Positions 12,087 to 23,496 of a stretch of 64,000 nt of DNA are shown here, piece after piece. Location of the stretch: the NCBI GenBank assembly GCA_963697165.1, contig CAVOMX010000001.1, positions 15,994-79,993 of the forward strand, given 5' to 3'. The notes beneath the pieces are model-generated. The model had not been told where the DNA came from and did no database searches. It worked only from the letters and a program-made list of their open reading frames with translations. This stretch comes from Candidatus Bathyarchaeota archaeon. Its GTDB lineage: Archaea > Thermoproteota > Bathyarchaeia > Bathyarchaeales > Bathyarchaeaceae. Both the position numbers and the translations under genes were made by a program. Each line of letters starts with the position of its first letter. Positions within the stretch are counted from its first letter, which is position 1.

Positions 12087-12419
12087 ATGATTACAGAGAA
12101 AAAGTGTAAAGTGGTTGCCTATTTTAGCATAGTTCCTGTGGGGCAGGAATCGACAAGCATAGGAAGTTATGTGGCGGCTGCAATAGCGGAAATGAATAGA
12201 GTAGAAGGCTTGATTTGTGAAGTTACTCCTATGGGAACAGTTATGGAGGCAGACAATTTAGAGGTCATCTTGGAGGCGGTGAAGGCTGCCCACGAAGCCA
12301 TAGCAGGTAAGGGGATCATGCGGGTTGAGTCTACTCTACTAATTGATGATAGAAGGGACAAGCCGCGAACTATGAAAGACAAGGTTAACACTGTCAAAAA
12401 GTACATGAAACAAGTTTGA
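12087..12419 (+). CDS. MTH1187/thiamine-binding family protein
   Basis: FSIVPVG, TPMGTVME, IDDRRDK. Confidence 0.88.
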   Translation: MITEKKCKVVAYFSIVPVGQESTSIGSYVAAAIAEMNRVEGLICEVTPMGTVMEADNLEVILEAVKAAHEAIAGKGIMRVESTLLIDDRRDKPRTMKDKVNTVKKYMKQV

Positions 12420-12503
12420 ATTGTCTTGTATAAAAGAAAAGAGAAGAACAGGCTAAGGTATTCTGACTGGATTGCCTCCGCGTGAAAACATGGACACTAG
12501 AAG

Positions 12504-12782
12504 CTAATCTGGTTCAGAAGTATCCAGCTCAAACGAAGAAAAACCTGTCAGACGGATTTGGCTTCCACATGCGTTGCATTGAATCAACAGTTCCTCCAGA
12601 CTATCGTTGCTAACTTTCTCCTCGATGATAGTGTAAACATCCTCTGTTTCGTCTTCGGGAGAAAGTGTAACTCCGCAGGTTGGGCATGGAAAATCGCCGT
12701 TTCCATCAATTTTAGTTAAATCCAGTTCTCTTACTAGCATTTGCTTAGTTTGTTTCACTTTCTGAGCAACCGCTTTAGACAA
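12504..12782 (-). CDS. Small zinc-ribbon protein
   Basis: CPTCG...CNACG. Confidence 0.75.
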   Translation of the reverse strand: MSKAVAQKVKQTKQMLVRELDLTKIDGNGDFPCPTCGVTLSPEDETEDVYTIIEEKVSNDSLEELLIQCNACGSQIRLTGFSSFELDTSEPD

Positions 12783-13071
12783 TTCTTATCCCTCACTGAT
12801 TAGAGGAAGTGAAAGATGTATTACTACCTTATTAACATGCAGCAAATACACACATATATCCCTGACAACATTGTTTTTTCGCTAACATCACAGATTTTTA
12901 CAGCCTTTTTGTTAAAACAACTTCTTCGTGTTTGTCATCATATCTAATAAACTTGTAACCTTAATTGAGAAGTTGATCTTCTTGTCTTTGCTCTCTTTGT
13001 TATGTATTCTTTTTTTCTAAAGACTCGACAAGAAATTAATCGAACGCTCTGCATAAAACGAAAAAAGATGA

Positions 13072-14025
13072 TTAGTCACAGGCGATGTTTTTTTCTATTG
13101 CTTCAATAGTTGTTTTATACGTTTGGTATATTGCTTGGGCTGCAGCAGCTATTTCCGTTTTCTCTCTCTTAGAAAGATTATCGTATGTAGAGCAGCCAAT
13201 TGAAGTTCCCAACCGAAGAGGAACACTAAGAAAGACAGGTTCAGGCAGCTCACTAAATTTCACCGGCGAGGCGATAGGCAAAACCTCGTTCGTGTTTCTA
13301 ACTATAGCTCTCACGATGTCTCTAAATGAGGCTGCTGGCCCAAATTCGGTGCCTCCAATATTGTCTACGATAAGTTTGGAGACAGATTTTACGTAATCTT
13401 CAATTTCCTCTTTGGATAGGGACTTACCTGTGGATTCTAAATATTCCTGTAGAGCCAAATCATTGATTTTTACGGTTGACCACAGAACGATTGCGTCTGT
13501 GCCGTGTTCTCCACCTACCCAACCTTCGATTCTAGATACTGGAACGTTTAGTGATTTGGCTAATCCAGATCTGAAACGTAAAGTTTCAAGATTAGTTCCG
13601 GTGCTAATCACAAAGTCGGCTTTGGAATATTTTTTGCAGACCATTGCCATGGCGTCAACGGGGTTTGTTATCACAACATATTTTGCTTCAGGATTATTTG
13701 AAATTGTAGATTCCGCAATATGCTTAACTATTTCTCCATTTTGAACCGCCAAATCTCGTCTGCTCATCGTGACACCCGGGATTCTTGGCTTTCCAGCAGA
13801 CACCAAGATAATCTCAGCTCCGTCTACATCTTCATCTCTTGCACATGCAATAATCTCAAGATCTAACCTTAGACTTGCGCTAACGTGTTTCAGTTCCTCG
13901 GCGAAGGCTTCTGCCAGACCCGGTTTAGTGTCACAAACAGTTATAGTGTCCGCCAGTTCTGCACACATTATTGTGAAGGCAGTAGGTCGTCCTACTCGTC
14001 CTGTTCCTATTTGGGCTATGTGCAA
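13072..14025 (-). CDS. Divergent lactate/malate dehydrogenase-family protein
   Basis: GTGRVG, PRIPGVTMSRRDL, NPVD, LETLR, GEHG. Confidence 0.85.
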   Translation of the reverse strand: MHIAQIGTGRVGRPTAFTIMCAELADTITVCDTKPGLAEAFAEELKHVSASLRLDLEIIACARDEDVDGAEIILVSAGKPRIPGVTMSRRDLAVQNGEIVKHIAESTISNNPEAKYVVITNPVDAMAMVCKKYSKADFVISTGTNLETLRFRSGLAKSLNVPVSRIEGWVGGEHGTDAIVLWSTVKINDLALQEYLESTGKSLSKEEIEDYVKSVSKLIVDNIGGTEFGPAASFRDIVRAIVRNTNEVLPIASPVKFSELPEPVFLSVPLRLGTSIGCSTYDNLSKREKTEIAAAAQAIYQTYKTTIEAIEKNIACD

Positions 14026-14061
14026 AGCATATTTCCTCTCAAGATCTTAACGAAGAGTCTT

Positions 14062-14918
14062 TTAGATGTGTCCTTTTTCGATCAGGTATTTACGAAGAGC
14101 CTCTTGCCATGTTGGCGTTTCTATGCCATATTGAGGCAGCGTTATGCTTTTTAGTGCAGAAAACATTGGTCTTTTTGCTTTAACATTTAGTTGTTCTGTT
14201 TTTGTTGGTGTTAAGTTAGGAGTTTGACCTGTGAATTGGAATATTTGTTCGGCAAATTGATACCATGAACAGTAGCCTTTGTTTGTGGCGTGATAAATTC
14301 CGTAGGGGAGTTGCTTTTCAACAATTTTCTTTATGGCCAGGAGCTGCGTCTATAGTGTATGTGGGGCTCATCCACATGTCGTCGATAATAGTGAGGGATT
14401 CGTTTTTCTTTGCTTTGGCTATCATTGTTTCCACGAAGTTTCCTCCTTTGCCGCTTGCTCCTGCTTTTCCGAATACGCTTGCTATTCTCATGATGTAGTG
14501 TTTTGGGTTTTGTTTTGTGAAGTGCTCGGCGGCAAGTTTAGAGATTCCATAAGTGTTGATGGGGGCAGGAATGTCTTCTTCAGTGTATGGTTCTTTCTTG
14601 GAGCCATCAAAAACATAGTCTGTGCTTATGTATACTGTTGTGGCGTCTATTTCTTTGGTTATCATGGCGATGTTTCTTGCGCCTAAAGCGTTTACAGAAA
14701 AGGTTTTGAGGGGTTCTTCTTCACATTGGTCTGTTTTATGGAAAGCAGCAGTGTTTATGACGACATCTGGTCGATGTTCCTTCAGAATCATGAAGACTGT
14801 CATAGTCTGATACTTCGATGTCCTTGTGTGTGAGACCTATGACCTTGTGTCCATTTTCTAATGTTTTTATTAGGTCTGTGCCAAGTTGGCCAGTTGCTCC
14901 TATAATTGCTATTTTCAT
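14062..14918 (-). CDS. rfbD: dTDP-4-dehydrorhamnose reductase, frameshifted
   Basis: GATGQLG, ISTDYVFDG, YGISK, SPTY, KRPMFSAL...WQEALRKYL. Confidence 0.9.
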
Positions 14919-15932
14919 AAAATTACTCCGTTGAGTTCTGTGTCTTTAATGAACTGTTGCATCTCTAGAATATGCTTGTACCACTTGACGGTTATCATTC
15001 GTGGATCGTCTGGATTTAGTCTTCCTTCTTTGAGAGCATCGAATACGTTTTTTGCTCCCTTTTTGATTGAGGTTTGTGGCTTGAAGTTTAGTGTGTCTTT
15101 GATTTTGTTGAAGCTTACTCTGTAGCTTCGGGTATCGCAATCTCCATACCACTCATAGTTGAAAGAAAGATCGCATGCTTCTGCTACCAGTTTGGCTAAG
15201 TCAAAGATTTGTATGTTCTGTTCGTCACTGCCTACGTTAAAGATTTGACCATTGACTAGTTCTGGTTCTGATTCTAAAACTTTAATAAAAGCGTTTGAAG
15301 TGTCTCTTACATTGACGAACGGGCGCCACTGTTTTCCATTTCGCATTATTGGGATTTTGCCGTTTCGGTAGTAACCTAAAACCATTCCGTTTATGGCTAA
15401 GTCAAACCTCATCCGATAGGAAAAACCGTAAACTGTAGCCTGTCTTAGAACTGTTGCAGAGAAATTCTTGTTGGGCAAGAGGTAAGATTTCTTTTTCAGC
15501 CATCATGCTAGCTTTTGCATAGGTCGTTAAAGGGTTTAGACTTGATTCTTCGTTTATGATTCCTTCTTGGAACCCGTAAACACTGCATGTGCTAGCGAAA
15601 ACATATTTTTTGACGCCATGTTTTTTTGCCAGATTTGCTACTCTAACTCGTCCTTTGTGGTTTATTTGCAAGGTTTTTTCTTGGTCAAGTTCACCGCAGG
15701 GATCATTAGAAAGAGCGGCTAAATCAAAGACAGCGTCTATTCCCTTCAAGATTTCTGGATTGAAAAAGCGTATATCGTCCTTGACGAGGGTTATTTTGTC
15801 AGCTATGTCTTTTAATGAATCAGTTCCGAAGAACAACCTGTCAAGGACAGTTACGTCGTAACCCTTCTCTAAAAGTATTCTAGACATAACAGAGCCGATG
15901 TATCCGGCTCCACCAGTAACCAAAACATTCAC
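14915..15932 (-). CDS. NAD-dependent epimerase/dehydratase (extended SDR), frameshifted
   Basis: TGGAGYIG, ASTCSVYG, RQATVYG, RFDL, WRPFV. Confidence 0.88.
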
Positions 15933-15945
15933 GGTTTATCACATT

Positions 15946-16461
15946 CTATTTGTGGGGTGGCATGAACCAGTCCCATGGTTTGCCTACACGAGGATCATTT
16001 TTGTTTCCGTTTATTTCTGTGGGGACTATGGTTTGGTCATTCCATGATCTGCGAAGTTCATCAGGCTCCTTGTAGTCATAGAGTCTGTTAACAAAATATA
16101 CTAGCAGCGATGGTTCGTTGCTGACTGTTTTTGTTCCATGCAAATATTTGCCGGGTATTCTCACGACCGTAGGTTTTTTGTCGCTGGCGATTACTTCAGC
16201 CATTTTTCCTGTTTCTTCGTCGTAAGCGCAGATTTTCATTGCTCCTTTCACTACAAGAAAGTGGTCTATTTGCCCTCTAGTGTGCTTGTGCCATGCTCTG
16301 ACGATGTTGGGGTAGCTGTAGCTGAGGTTTATCTGTGTTACCTGTTCGTCTTCAAGGAATTCTTTCCAGTCCGCTCTTAGGGCTTCGCTGAAGAAACCTC
16401 TTTCGTCGGGTAAAATGTTTATTTCATATGTTTTTACTCCCTTAAGGGCATATTCTTTCAT
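15946..16461 (-). CDS. rfbC: dTDP-4-dehydrorhamnose 3,5-epimerase family
   Basis: DERGFFSE, VRAWHKH. Confidence 0.85.
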   Translation of the reverse strand: MKEYALKGVKTYEINILPDERGFFSEALRADWKEFLEDEQVTQINLSYSYPNIVRAWHKHTRGQIDHFLVVKGAMKICAYDEETGKMAEVIASDKKPTVVRIPGKYLHGTKTVSNEPSLLVYFVNRLYDYKEPDELRRSWNDQTIVPTEINGNKNDPRVGKPWDWFMPPHK

Positions 16462-17528
16462 ATTTCAACCTCCGAGTAGTCGCCTACATGAAGTTTTAAG
16501 CATCCGTTCCTCTGGTTTCTGGTTACTTTGGCGTTTTTTCCGATCAAGCTTTCTTCCAGCCTATCGACACCAGTTATCTGTGCATTCTCTAATATTACAC
16601 TGTATTCGATGGCACTATCAATAATTTTTGCTCCATTACCTATGCTTGTGTATGGACCAATGAAAGAGTTTTCTATAATGCAGCATTCTCCAATTACGCA
16701 TGGTCCTCTAATGGTGGAGTTAACTACTTTTGCGTTGTCTTGAATTGTGACTCTTCCTTCAATTTTGCTTTCTTGGACTGTCCCTTTGATTTCTTGTTTT
16801 GTGTATTCATCTAGGACTTTTGCGTTAGCTGCTAGTATATCATCCTTTTTTCCAGTGTCAAGCCACCAAGTGTTCAGGGTCTCCGCTTTTACGTTGAATC
16901 CCATGTTTATCATTTCTTGTAATGCGTCTGTGATTTCAAGTTCGCCTCTCCATGAGGGCTTGATTTGGTTTATGGCTTTGAAAATGTTTTTTGAAAATAT
17001 GTAGGTGCCGACTATGGCAAGATTTGATGAGTGATCTTTTGGTTTTTCTACCAATTTTATGATGTTGGCTTTTTCGTCTAGTGTTGCTACGCCAAACTTT
17101 GTAGGATCTTCTACTGGTTTTAGGAGGATTAGGGCATCCATCTTTTCTTTTTTGAATTTTTGTACATAAGTTGATAGTCCTTGGCCTTGTAGGTTGTCAC
17201 CTAGGCACATTATGAAATCTTCTTCTCCGAGAAAGGTTTTTGCAGTTTTAACAGCGTGAGATAACCCTAATGGTTCTTGGGGAATATAGGTGACATTAAA
17301 GTTCCAGTCTTTTCCGTCTTTGATGTATTCTTTTACATAGTGTCCGGTTTCAGGAGCTATTATTATACCAATTTGGGTTATGCCAGTTTCGGCTACTTGG
17401 TCCAGAACATAACCAAGAACAGGTTTGTTGGCTAGAGGAATAAGTTGTTTAGCTAAAGTGAAAGTTAATGGACGAAGTCTGGTTCCTCTGCCACCACTCA
17501 AAATTAAAGCTTTCACGGTTGGCACCAA
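16458..17528 (-). CDS. rfbA: Glucose-1-phosphate thymidylyltransferase (long form)
   Basis: GGRGTRLRP, EKP, RGELEITD, WLDTG, C-terminal hexapeptide repeats. Confidence 0.93.
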   Translation of the reverse strand: MVPTVKALILSGGRGTRLRPLTFTLAKQLIPLANKPVLGYVLDQVAETGITQIGIIIAPETGHYVKEYIKDGKDWNFNVTYIPQEPLGLSHAVKTAKTFLGEEDFIMCLGDNLQGQGLSTYVQKFKKEKMDALILLKPVEDPTKFGVATLDEKANIIKLVEKPKDHSSNLAIVGTYIFSKNIFKAINQIKPSWRGELEITDALQEMINMGFNVKAETLNTWWLDTGKKDDILAANAKVLDEYTKQEIKGTVQESKIEGRVTIQDNAKVVNSTIRGPCVIGECCIIENSFIGPYTSIGNGAKIIDSAIEYSVILENAQITGVDRLEESLIGKNAKVTRNQRNGCLKLHVGDYSEVEI

Positions 17529-18013
17529 TAGAATATGTTATTTCTTGCGGGTTAGAATTAAAGTTTTGTTGAATTATGTATGAATTGTTAGAGGGTTTAC
17601 TTTGGGTTAAGTTATTACCTCGAATCCCTACATTTTTTTGTTAGTGTTTGATATCTCAGGTTTTGGAATATTGTTCTAGTTGGAGTTTTATTTGTAGGTT
17701 AATTTGCCATACTGACAGATAAGAAGGGAGTGAATGATTTTTAGTTATTGTTATTTTATTGGTGATATAATTAAGTTGGGTTTTTTGTATTGAAGGGGGT
17801 GTCCTGGGTTTGCTTTAGCAGATTCAGGCGATGGGTTTGGAATTGTCGGTTGATGAATAAAATTGAAAAGAATCTTGCAAAGAAATAGGGGTAGATGTAC
17901 GGGGTGATGGATTTTTTTTACATTAGTCTGTGGAGGTGTAATCGGATACGGTAAATGGTTAGGGGTTGTTTTGTAGTAGTTATTGTTTTTGTATTTTTTG
18001 TTTCTTTGAGTGT

Positions 18014-18364
18014 TCAATCTGGAGTTATGTCGCAGGCTTGTTTTATGTTCGTTTCCAGCTTGCTGAATACGTTCTTTTGGGTAAAACGACTGAATAGTTG
18101 TTGACTTAATAGGGTTACTGTTCCTGATAGTATTAAGACTGCTGTTGTTGGAAGTATTGCGGTAACGTAGACATTTTTCCACCATTGGAGGGCTCCTTCA
18201 TAGCGCCAAACTTCTTCTATGCTCAAGTTTTGGGTAGTGAGCATTATTTCGTTGCTTTTGAGTTCTATGATTGAGTAAATCCAGATGCTTAAGGCTGAAA
18301 TAATAAGTAATAATCCAATCCATACAGTTAGATTGAGTTTTTTGTGGTTTTTTATCCTGTTCAT
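18014..18364 (-). CDS. Two-TM hypothetical membrane protein
   Basis: Two TM segments around EEVWRYEGALQWW. Confidence 0.7.
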   Translation of the reverse strand: MNRIKNHKKLNLTVWIGLLLIISALSIWIYSIIELKSNEIMLTTQNLSIEEVWRYEGALQWWKNVYVTAILPTTAVLILSGTVTLLSQQLFSRFTQKNVFSKLETNIKQACDITPD

Positions 18365-18877
18365 ATGTTCTACCCCGATTTTAATTGTATTATATATTTT
18401 GACTTAATATATCCATTATTTTTTCCTGGACATTATATCGAAATTCGAAATATGCTGTTAAAAAATACAAAACCTGAAACAGTTTTGATGGTTGCCCAAT
18501 TGGATTTTTTAATTTTGGATAAAACGAAGAGTGGTTGTGAGTATAGAAGATGGGGTCTTCGTGAATTGTTTGTTTTTGAATCTGAGAATTTAATTTATTG
18601 AGACGAATTCAGAATGGTCGTAAGGGAGTTGGATGACGTCTGATTGGTTCTGATGGTTCATACTTGTTGGAGGGATCTAAGGGATTTAATGGGTTTAGGG
18701 GCTGATTGAATTCTAGAGCTTGTGTGTTCATGGGTCTTTCACCGTATTTTAGTGTCTACTAATATTCGCGGTCATTTAGTTCCATGGATTTGGGGATATT
18801 TGTTGATGGAGAATAAATAAAGTTAGTCACATCTAGACTGATAAACTGGTTGAATTGAAAAAGCTAAAGAACGTTTT

Positions 18878-19468
18878 TTAGTTGTGTCCACTTCTTGAAA
18901 TGAATTTTGTTATGTAGCCAATTAGTTGGTGAGAAGCATTTAGTGCAGCATTTAGGTCATTGTCTGAAACCATCTTGGCGTCTATGAATAGTTTACCTTG
19001 AGAGAAAACTGCTGAGATTATTGTTCTCCCATCCTCAGTAATCCATTTTAGAGTTACATCCTCGTTTTTCATAGAACAGCCTAGCCAACGGAGTACGCCA
19101 AACCATTTACCCTTAAGATTAGAGATAATGTTTTTGATTGGAACTTCGGGTGGTAAAAAAGTTTGTAGTAATCGTAGAGTGGTATTTTTAGAATGGGAGG
19201 ATTTTGGTTTCAGTAATTTTTTGGCCTTTGATGTTAGAGTATAACCGTTTTCAACTTTCTTGAGGATTTCCTGATCTGCTAGTCTATAGAGAATTCTGGA
19301 AAGTGTTTCTTGATGAATTTTTAGTCTTCTTTTTAGTCCTTCAAATGTGAAGTTGGTTAGATCCTCTTCATTTATTACGTGTAGAAGGTTGATGTCGCCT
19401 TCTTTGAGGCTCAAGTCAGAGATGTTGTCCCAATCTTTGTCCATGATTAAATCTCTCATAAAATCCAA
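18878..19468 (-). CDS. Winged-helix-containing hypothetical protein
   Basis: FTFEGLKRRLKIHQETLSRIL...YTLT. Confidence 0.7.
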   Translation of the reverse strand: MDFMRDLIMDKDWDNISDLSLKEGDINLLHVINEEDLTNFTFEGLKRRLKIHQETLSRILYRLADQEILKKVENGYTLTSKAKKLLKPKSSHSKNTTLRLLQTFLPPEVPIKNIISNLKGKWFGVLRWLGCSMKNEDVTLKWITEDGRTIISAVFSQGKLFIDAKMVSDNDLNAALNASHQLIGYITKFISRSGHN

Positions 19469-19639
19469 AACATCGGCTCCTTTTTAATCTTACCATTTAG
19501 TAATATATCTTATGGTCATCATCACTAGTGCACTAAAAATCGGTTATTAGTTGGTCCTTTAGTCGCATGCATTTATTAACGTTTAATAAGCAACAACAGG
19601 ATTTCGCCAAATTGATATTATACTTGCAACTAATACTCC

Positions 19640-20848
19640 ATGAGCATGGAGCTGATACATTTGAAATATCGCAAGATGGGTTCTTTAGAGTGGAAGGTTT
19701 CAGCTCTAGGGTTCGGTTGTATGAGGTTACCCTCTAGAAGAATCAACAAACTAAGGGCTAAAACCGAGGAGTCCATCGAGATAATCCGCTATGGAATCGA
19801 CCAGGGCATTAACTACATTGACACAGCATGGCCATATCATCTTGGCGATAGCGAAAAAATCATCGGAAAAGCCCTAAAGGATGGCTATCGAGAACGAGTA
19901 CACTTGGTTACCAAGTTACCAATGTTTATGGTTCGTGACGCCAAACATTTTGACAAGTACTTAAAATCTCAGATGAAACGATTGCAAACAGACTATTTAG
20001 ATGGTTATTTATTTCATGCATTGAATGAGGGACAATTCGAAAAAGTAAAAAAGCTTGGACTAATTGATAAAATGGAAGAAGCAAAAAACGAGGGTTTTAT
20101 TCGCAGCATCGGTTTTTCTTTTCACGACACTTTACCCGTTTTCAAAGAAATAATTGACTTTTTCCCATGGGACATTACACAAATCCAGTACAATTACGTT
20201 GATACATGCGTTCAAGCAACAACAGAGGGACTGTCCTATGCACATAGCAAAGGCATTGCGGTAGTTGTCATGGAACCCTTAAAGGGTGGAACATTAGCTA
20301 ACCCTCCAAAGGAAGTTTTGAAGATAGTCCGTTCAGCAGAAGAAAGGAGATCTCCAGTTGATTGGGCTCTTCAGTTCTTGTGGAATAAGGCTGAAATCTC
20401 AGTTGTACTTAGCGGAATGGGTTCCAAGAAGATGGTACAAGAAAATTGTGCAAGTGCTGACCGTTCTGGAGTCAATTCTTTGTCGCTCAAAGAGCAGATG
20501 ATAATTCAAGAACTTTCGGAAATATATAGAAAAAGCATTGTTGTTCCCTGCACAGCATGTGGATATTGCATGCCTTGTCCTGAGGGCGTTAATATTCCTC
20601 AAAATTTTGCTTGTCTGAACAATGTTTCTCTAGAAACGAGTTTCTTTCGACGGATGCTAGCAAGAAGAGCTTACAGAAAATTACGGACCTCAAGGAAGAA
20701 AGTGGACTTTAACAATCCTAATGGGAACGCGATAATTTGCAATAAATGTCGTAGGTGCGTGGAGAAATGCCCCCAAAAGATTGACATTCCAGAAGAACTT
20801 GAAAAAGTGAAACAAGCTTTGGAAAAGAGAAAGGCTTTGTTTTGGTAG
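19640..20848 (+). CDS. Aldo/keto reductase with C-terminal 4Fe-4S domain
   Basis: LGFGCMRL, YIDTAWPY, CTACGYCMPCP, CNKCRRCVEKCP. Confidence 0.92.
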   Translation: MSMELIHLKYRKMGSLEWKVSALGFGCMRLPSRRINKLRAKTEESIEIIRYGIDQGINYIDTAWPYHLGDSEKIIGKALKDGYRERVHLVTKLPMFMVRDAKHFDKYLKSQMKRLQTDYLDGYLFHALNEGQFEKVKKLGLIDKMEEAKNEGFIRSIGFSFHDTLPVFKEIIDFFPWDITQIQYNYVDTCVQATTEGLSYAHSKGIAVVVMEPLKGGTLANPPKEVLKIVRSAEERRSPVDWALQFLWNKAEISVVLSGMGSKKMVQENCASADRSGVNSLSLKEQMIIQELSEIYRKSIVVPCTACGYCMPCPEGVNIPQNFACLNNVSLETSFFRRMLARRAYRKLRTSRKKVDFNNPNGNAIICNKCRRCVEKCPQKIDIPEELEKVKQALEKRKALFW

Positions 20849-21215
20849 TTTTTAATAAGAATTGAGAAATATCGAGTGCGGGCAAGTGGTTTTTTGTTGG
20901 TTGTTTTAGGTTTATTGATGATAAAACGGTTGTATTGACATGTTCACTTAATTAGTGAATTAATAGAATAATACGAAGAGACTACTTGAGGAATTATTCT
21001 CGTTAGTTTTTGTTTTTTGGATACGAGTTAAATTTGAATTTGGATTTTGATGAAATTTTCAGGTTGTGAGGTGACAGTTTAAGGTTAGTTTGTTTCGGAT
21101 GTTGTTGAGTCAGACTATTTTTTGGGTTCGGCTGCCTACCATCCTGATAAGCATGGTTTATTAAGACACAATATTTAATACTGTGTTGTGAATTCTATAA
21201 TATGGCGATCTCAGG

Positions 21216-21461
21216 TTGCAAGAGAATTTGAAAGCCCGTAGAAATCCAATTTTGCGCAAAATAATTACTATAGTTTTTCTGCCAATTTTTATCTTCATCT
21301 GGATGACAGGTTGGATATTAATCCAAATTGAACCTCAAGCAGAACCTGCAGAAATCAGTCAGACTTTGCGAACTAATATCAGATTTGAAGCACAAAATAA
21401 CGAATCCAAAGCACCCGATGAAGATTCAAGGGTAAACAATGAACCTCAAATTATTACCTAA
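21216..21461 (+). CDS. Small single-TM protein
   Basis: One TM segment then a hydrophilic tail. Confidence 0.55.
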   Translation: MQENLKARRNPILRKIITIVFLPIFIFIWMTGWILIQIEPQAEPAEISQTLRTNIRFEAQNNESKAPDEDSRVNNEPQIIT

Positions 21462-21576
21462 CATTTGTGGAGAATGCACTTTCAGTTTAGCCATTTATTA
21501 GCTAGTTTTTTGTTTTGTTTTCTTAGACATATGTTTATCAAAATCAATTGCAGGAACTGTTTCTATTGCATATGCA

Positions 21577-22404
21577 TTATTTGGCGTAGGCCTCGACGAG
21601 GTCACGTGCAGTGATGATTCCCACCAGTTCACCATCTTGGGTGATAGGAAGTCGCTTTATGTGGTTCGTCGACATGGTGGCAGCTGCCCTGTGTATACTT
21701 GTTCCTGAGGGGATAGTAATAAGTGGCGATGACGATGCTTTTCCCACTTTGGTTATTAATGATTCTCCTTTAGCCAGGAAGTTTGTGAGAAGGTCACGTT
21801 CAGTGAATATACTCATATGGGGTTTGTCTTTGCTGGTGATTATGAGGCTGCCAATCCTTTTCTCACCCATCACCTTTGCTATAGTGGCTATGGGGGTTTT
21901 CTCGTCAGCGGTTATGACCTGCTCAGTCATAAAGTCATCAACCTTAAGCTGTGTTTCGGATACATCAGGTAGACTCCGAATCAGGTCTGACGCAGTTATT
22001 ATTCCAACAAGATCTCCGCAGCTAAAGACGGCAAGCCTCCCTTTCGTTTTGGTCATCATCTGTGCTGCTTCTTTTATCTCGGCAACTGAGCATATTTTGG
22101 TGAGAGGGTATGACATAACTTCCTCAACCATCATCTCACTTGGTGTCCTTCCAAGTGCTAGAACATTGCTCAGCAAGTCTCTTTCGGTGACTATTCCCAC
22201 TGGTGTATCATAATTCTTGGCGATCAAGCTTCCTATGTGCCTTTCACCCATGATCTTAGCAACATCCTCCATTGTAGCATAGATTGTAGTGGTGACAACA
22301 TCTCGGCTCATAATAGCCTCTACCAGTCGATGTTTCTTATACTCATTATATGCTCGATCAATGACACTTGGGAACTCTTTTGTCAAATCTTTGATGTTTT
22401 TCAC
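21577..22404 (-). CDS. Four-CBS-domain protein
   Basis: Repeated GIVTERD / GIITARD motifs. Confidence 0.9.
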   Translation of the reverse strand: MKNIKDLTKEFPSVIDRAYNEYKKHRLVEAIMSRDVVTTTIYATMEDVAKIMGERHIGSLIAKNYDTPVGIVTERDLLSNVLALGRTPSEMMVEEVMSYPLTKICSVAEIKEAAQMMTKTKGRLAVFSCGDLVGIITASDLIRSLPDVSETQLKVDDFMTEQVITADEKTPIATIAKVMGEKRIGSLIITSKDKPHMSIFTERDLLTNFLAKGESLITKVGKASSSPLITIPSGTSIHRAAATMSTNHIKRLPITQDGELVGIITARDLVEAYAK

Positions 22405-22905
22405 AAAATCCCCCCAAATGTATATGTGAATAGTTAGATTAATCATTTTGGTTAATTCTTGCACTATTTTAATAAGATGAGGTACCCCCTCTGGATTTGT
22501 AATCTTTTCAAAAATTATTTCTAGTAGATTATGAAATCTTATCCCAGATGCTTTAAGTAACTACTTTTAATGTCCCTCAGTATTCTTTTACAAAATCTAA
22601 TCAATAGACTTTTGAAAAACTCTTTCACTACTCTGGAGAATTTCTAAGCAATGCGCACGAAGTTGATCTAATGGATAGAGATCATTTAGTTAACAGGAAG
22701 AAGAAAACGAAAGGTAGGACAAAAAATTTCAGGCTCTTACATTCATGCGGTAAATCATGTGAATTGGGGAACCAATGTATCTAGTAAAATCCTAGCGACA
22801 TTCCCCTCATTTTTATTCTAAAAATGTTTTCACTAATAAATTCAATCTATAAATTTCCAAATAGTATAAATTTATGGCAAATAGTATTGTAATGGGGAAT
22901 CTTCT

Positions 22906-23205
22906 ATGGATGATTCACAAATTAGAGCAATGGTCTCTTATGTTGTTAAATATTTTAACAAAAAATGTCCTGAAAATTTAGAAACTATGATTCATCTGAT
23001 AGGACATGATGAGAGATATCGTAGAAGGGTGGAAGAAATAACTGAGGCCATACTTGATCACCATGATGAACTTTTTGTGGCTTGCAGTAGCGGGAAAAAA
23101 ATCGAAGAATTAGCCCCAAAATATGCAGAACAATGTGAAGAAATAAGAAAGAAAATGAGAGAATTAGTCGAAAAATATATTTCCGCAGATTCAAAATCAA
23201 GTTAA
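22906..23205 (+). CDS. Hypothetical protein
   Basis: 99-aa helical ORF preceded by a G-rich RBS-like sequence. Confidence 0.65.
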   Translation: MDDSQIRAMVSYVVKYFNKKCPENLETMIHLIGHDERYRRRVEEITEAILDHHDELFVACSSGKKIEELAPKYAEQCEEIRKKMRELVEKYISADSKSS

Positions 23206-23496
23206 AGTCTATGAGAATTATTGCCATTTAACTTGCAGAAATGATTTTCAAACCCTTTCTTTTACTTCCTGTTTACATTCTTCGCCTATTTTTTTACTGA
23301 TGAACTAAAATAACATATACAGATTGAGCGATTTGGGTCAGGGGGCTAAATTGTAAATTCTCATTCCCAAGCATTAATGTTTAACTTCTATCTTCAGATC
23401 TTTTGTTGGAGAATTTTGAATAACATCTAGGTTAATTTAATTTATCCATAAATGCATATACTTTATTTACCAATAAAAGGTTAGTAAGGAAGGGAG

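Noticed and set aside
17751..18185. 144-aa Asn/Pro/Lys-rich ORF and similar low-complexity ORFs (e.g. 38960-39172)
   Set aside because: Products of the strand-skewed composition; overlap better-supported genes
21611..22213. Long antisense ORFs (also 32595-33005, 44292-44681, 13085-14050)
   Set aside because: Shadow frames of well-supported genes on the opposite strand
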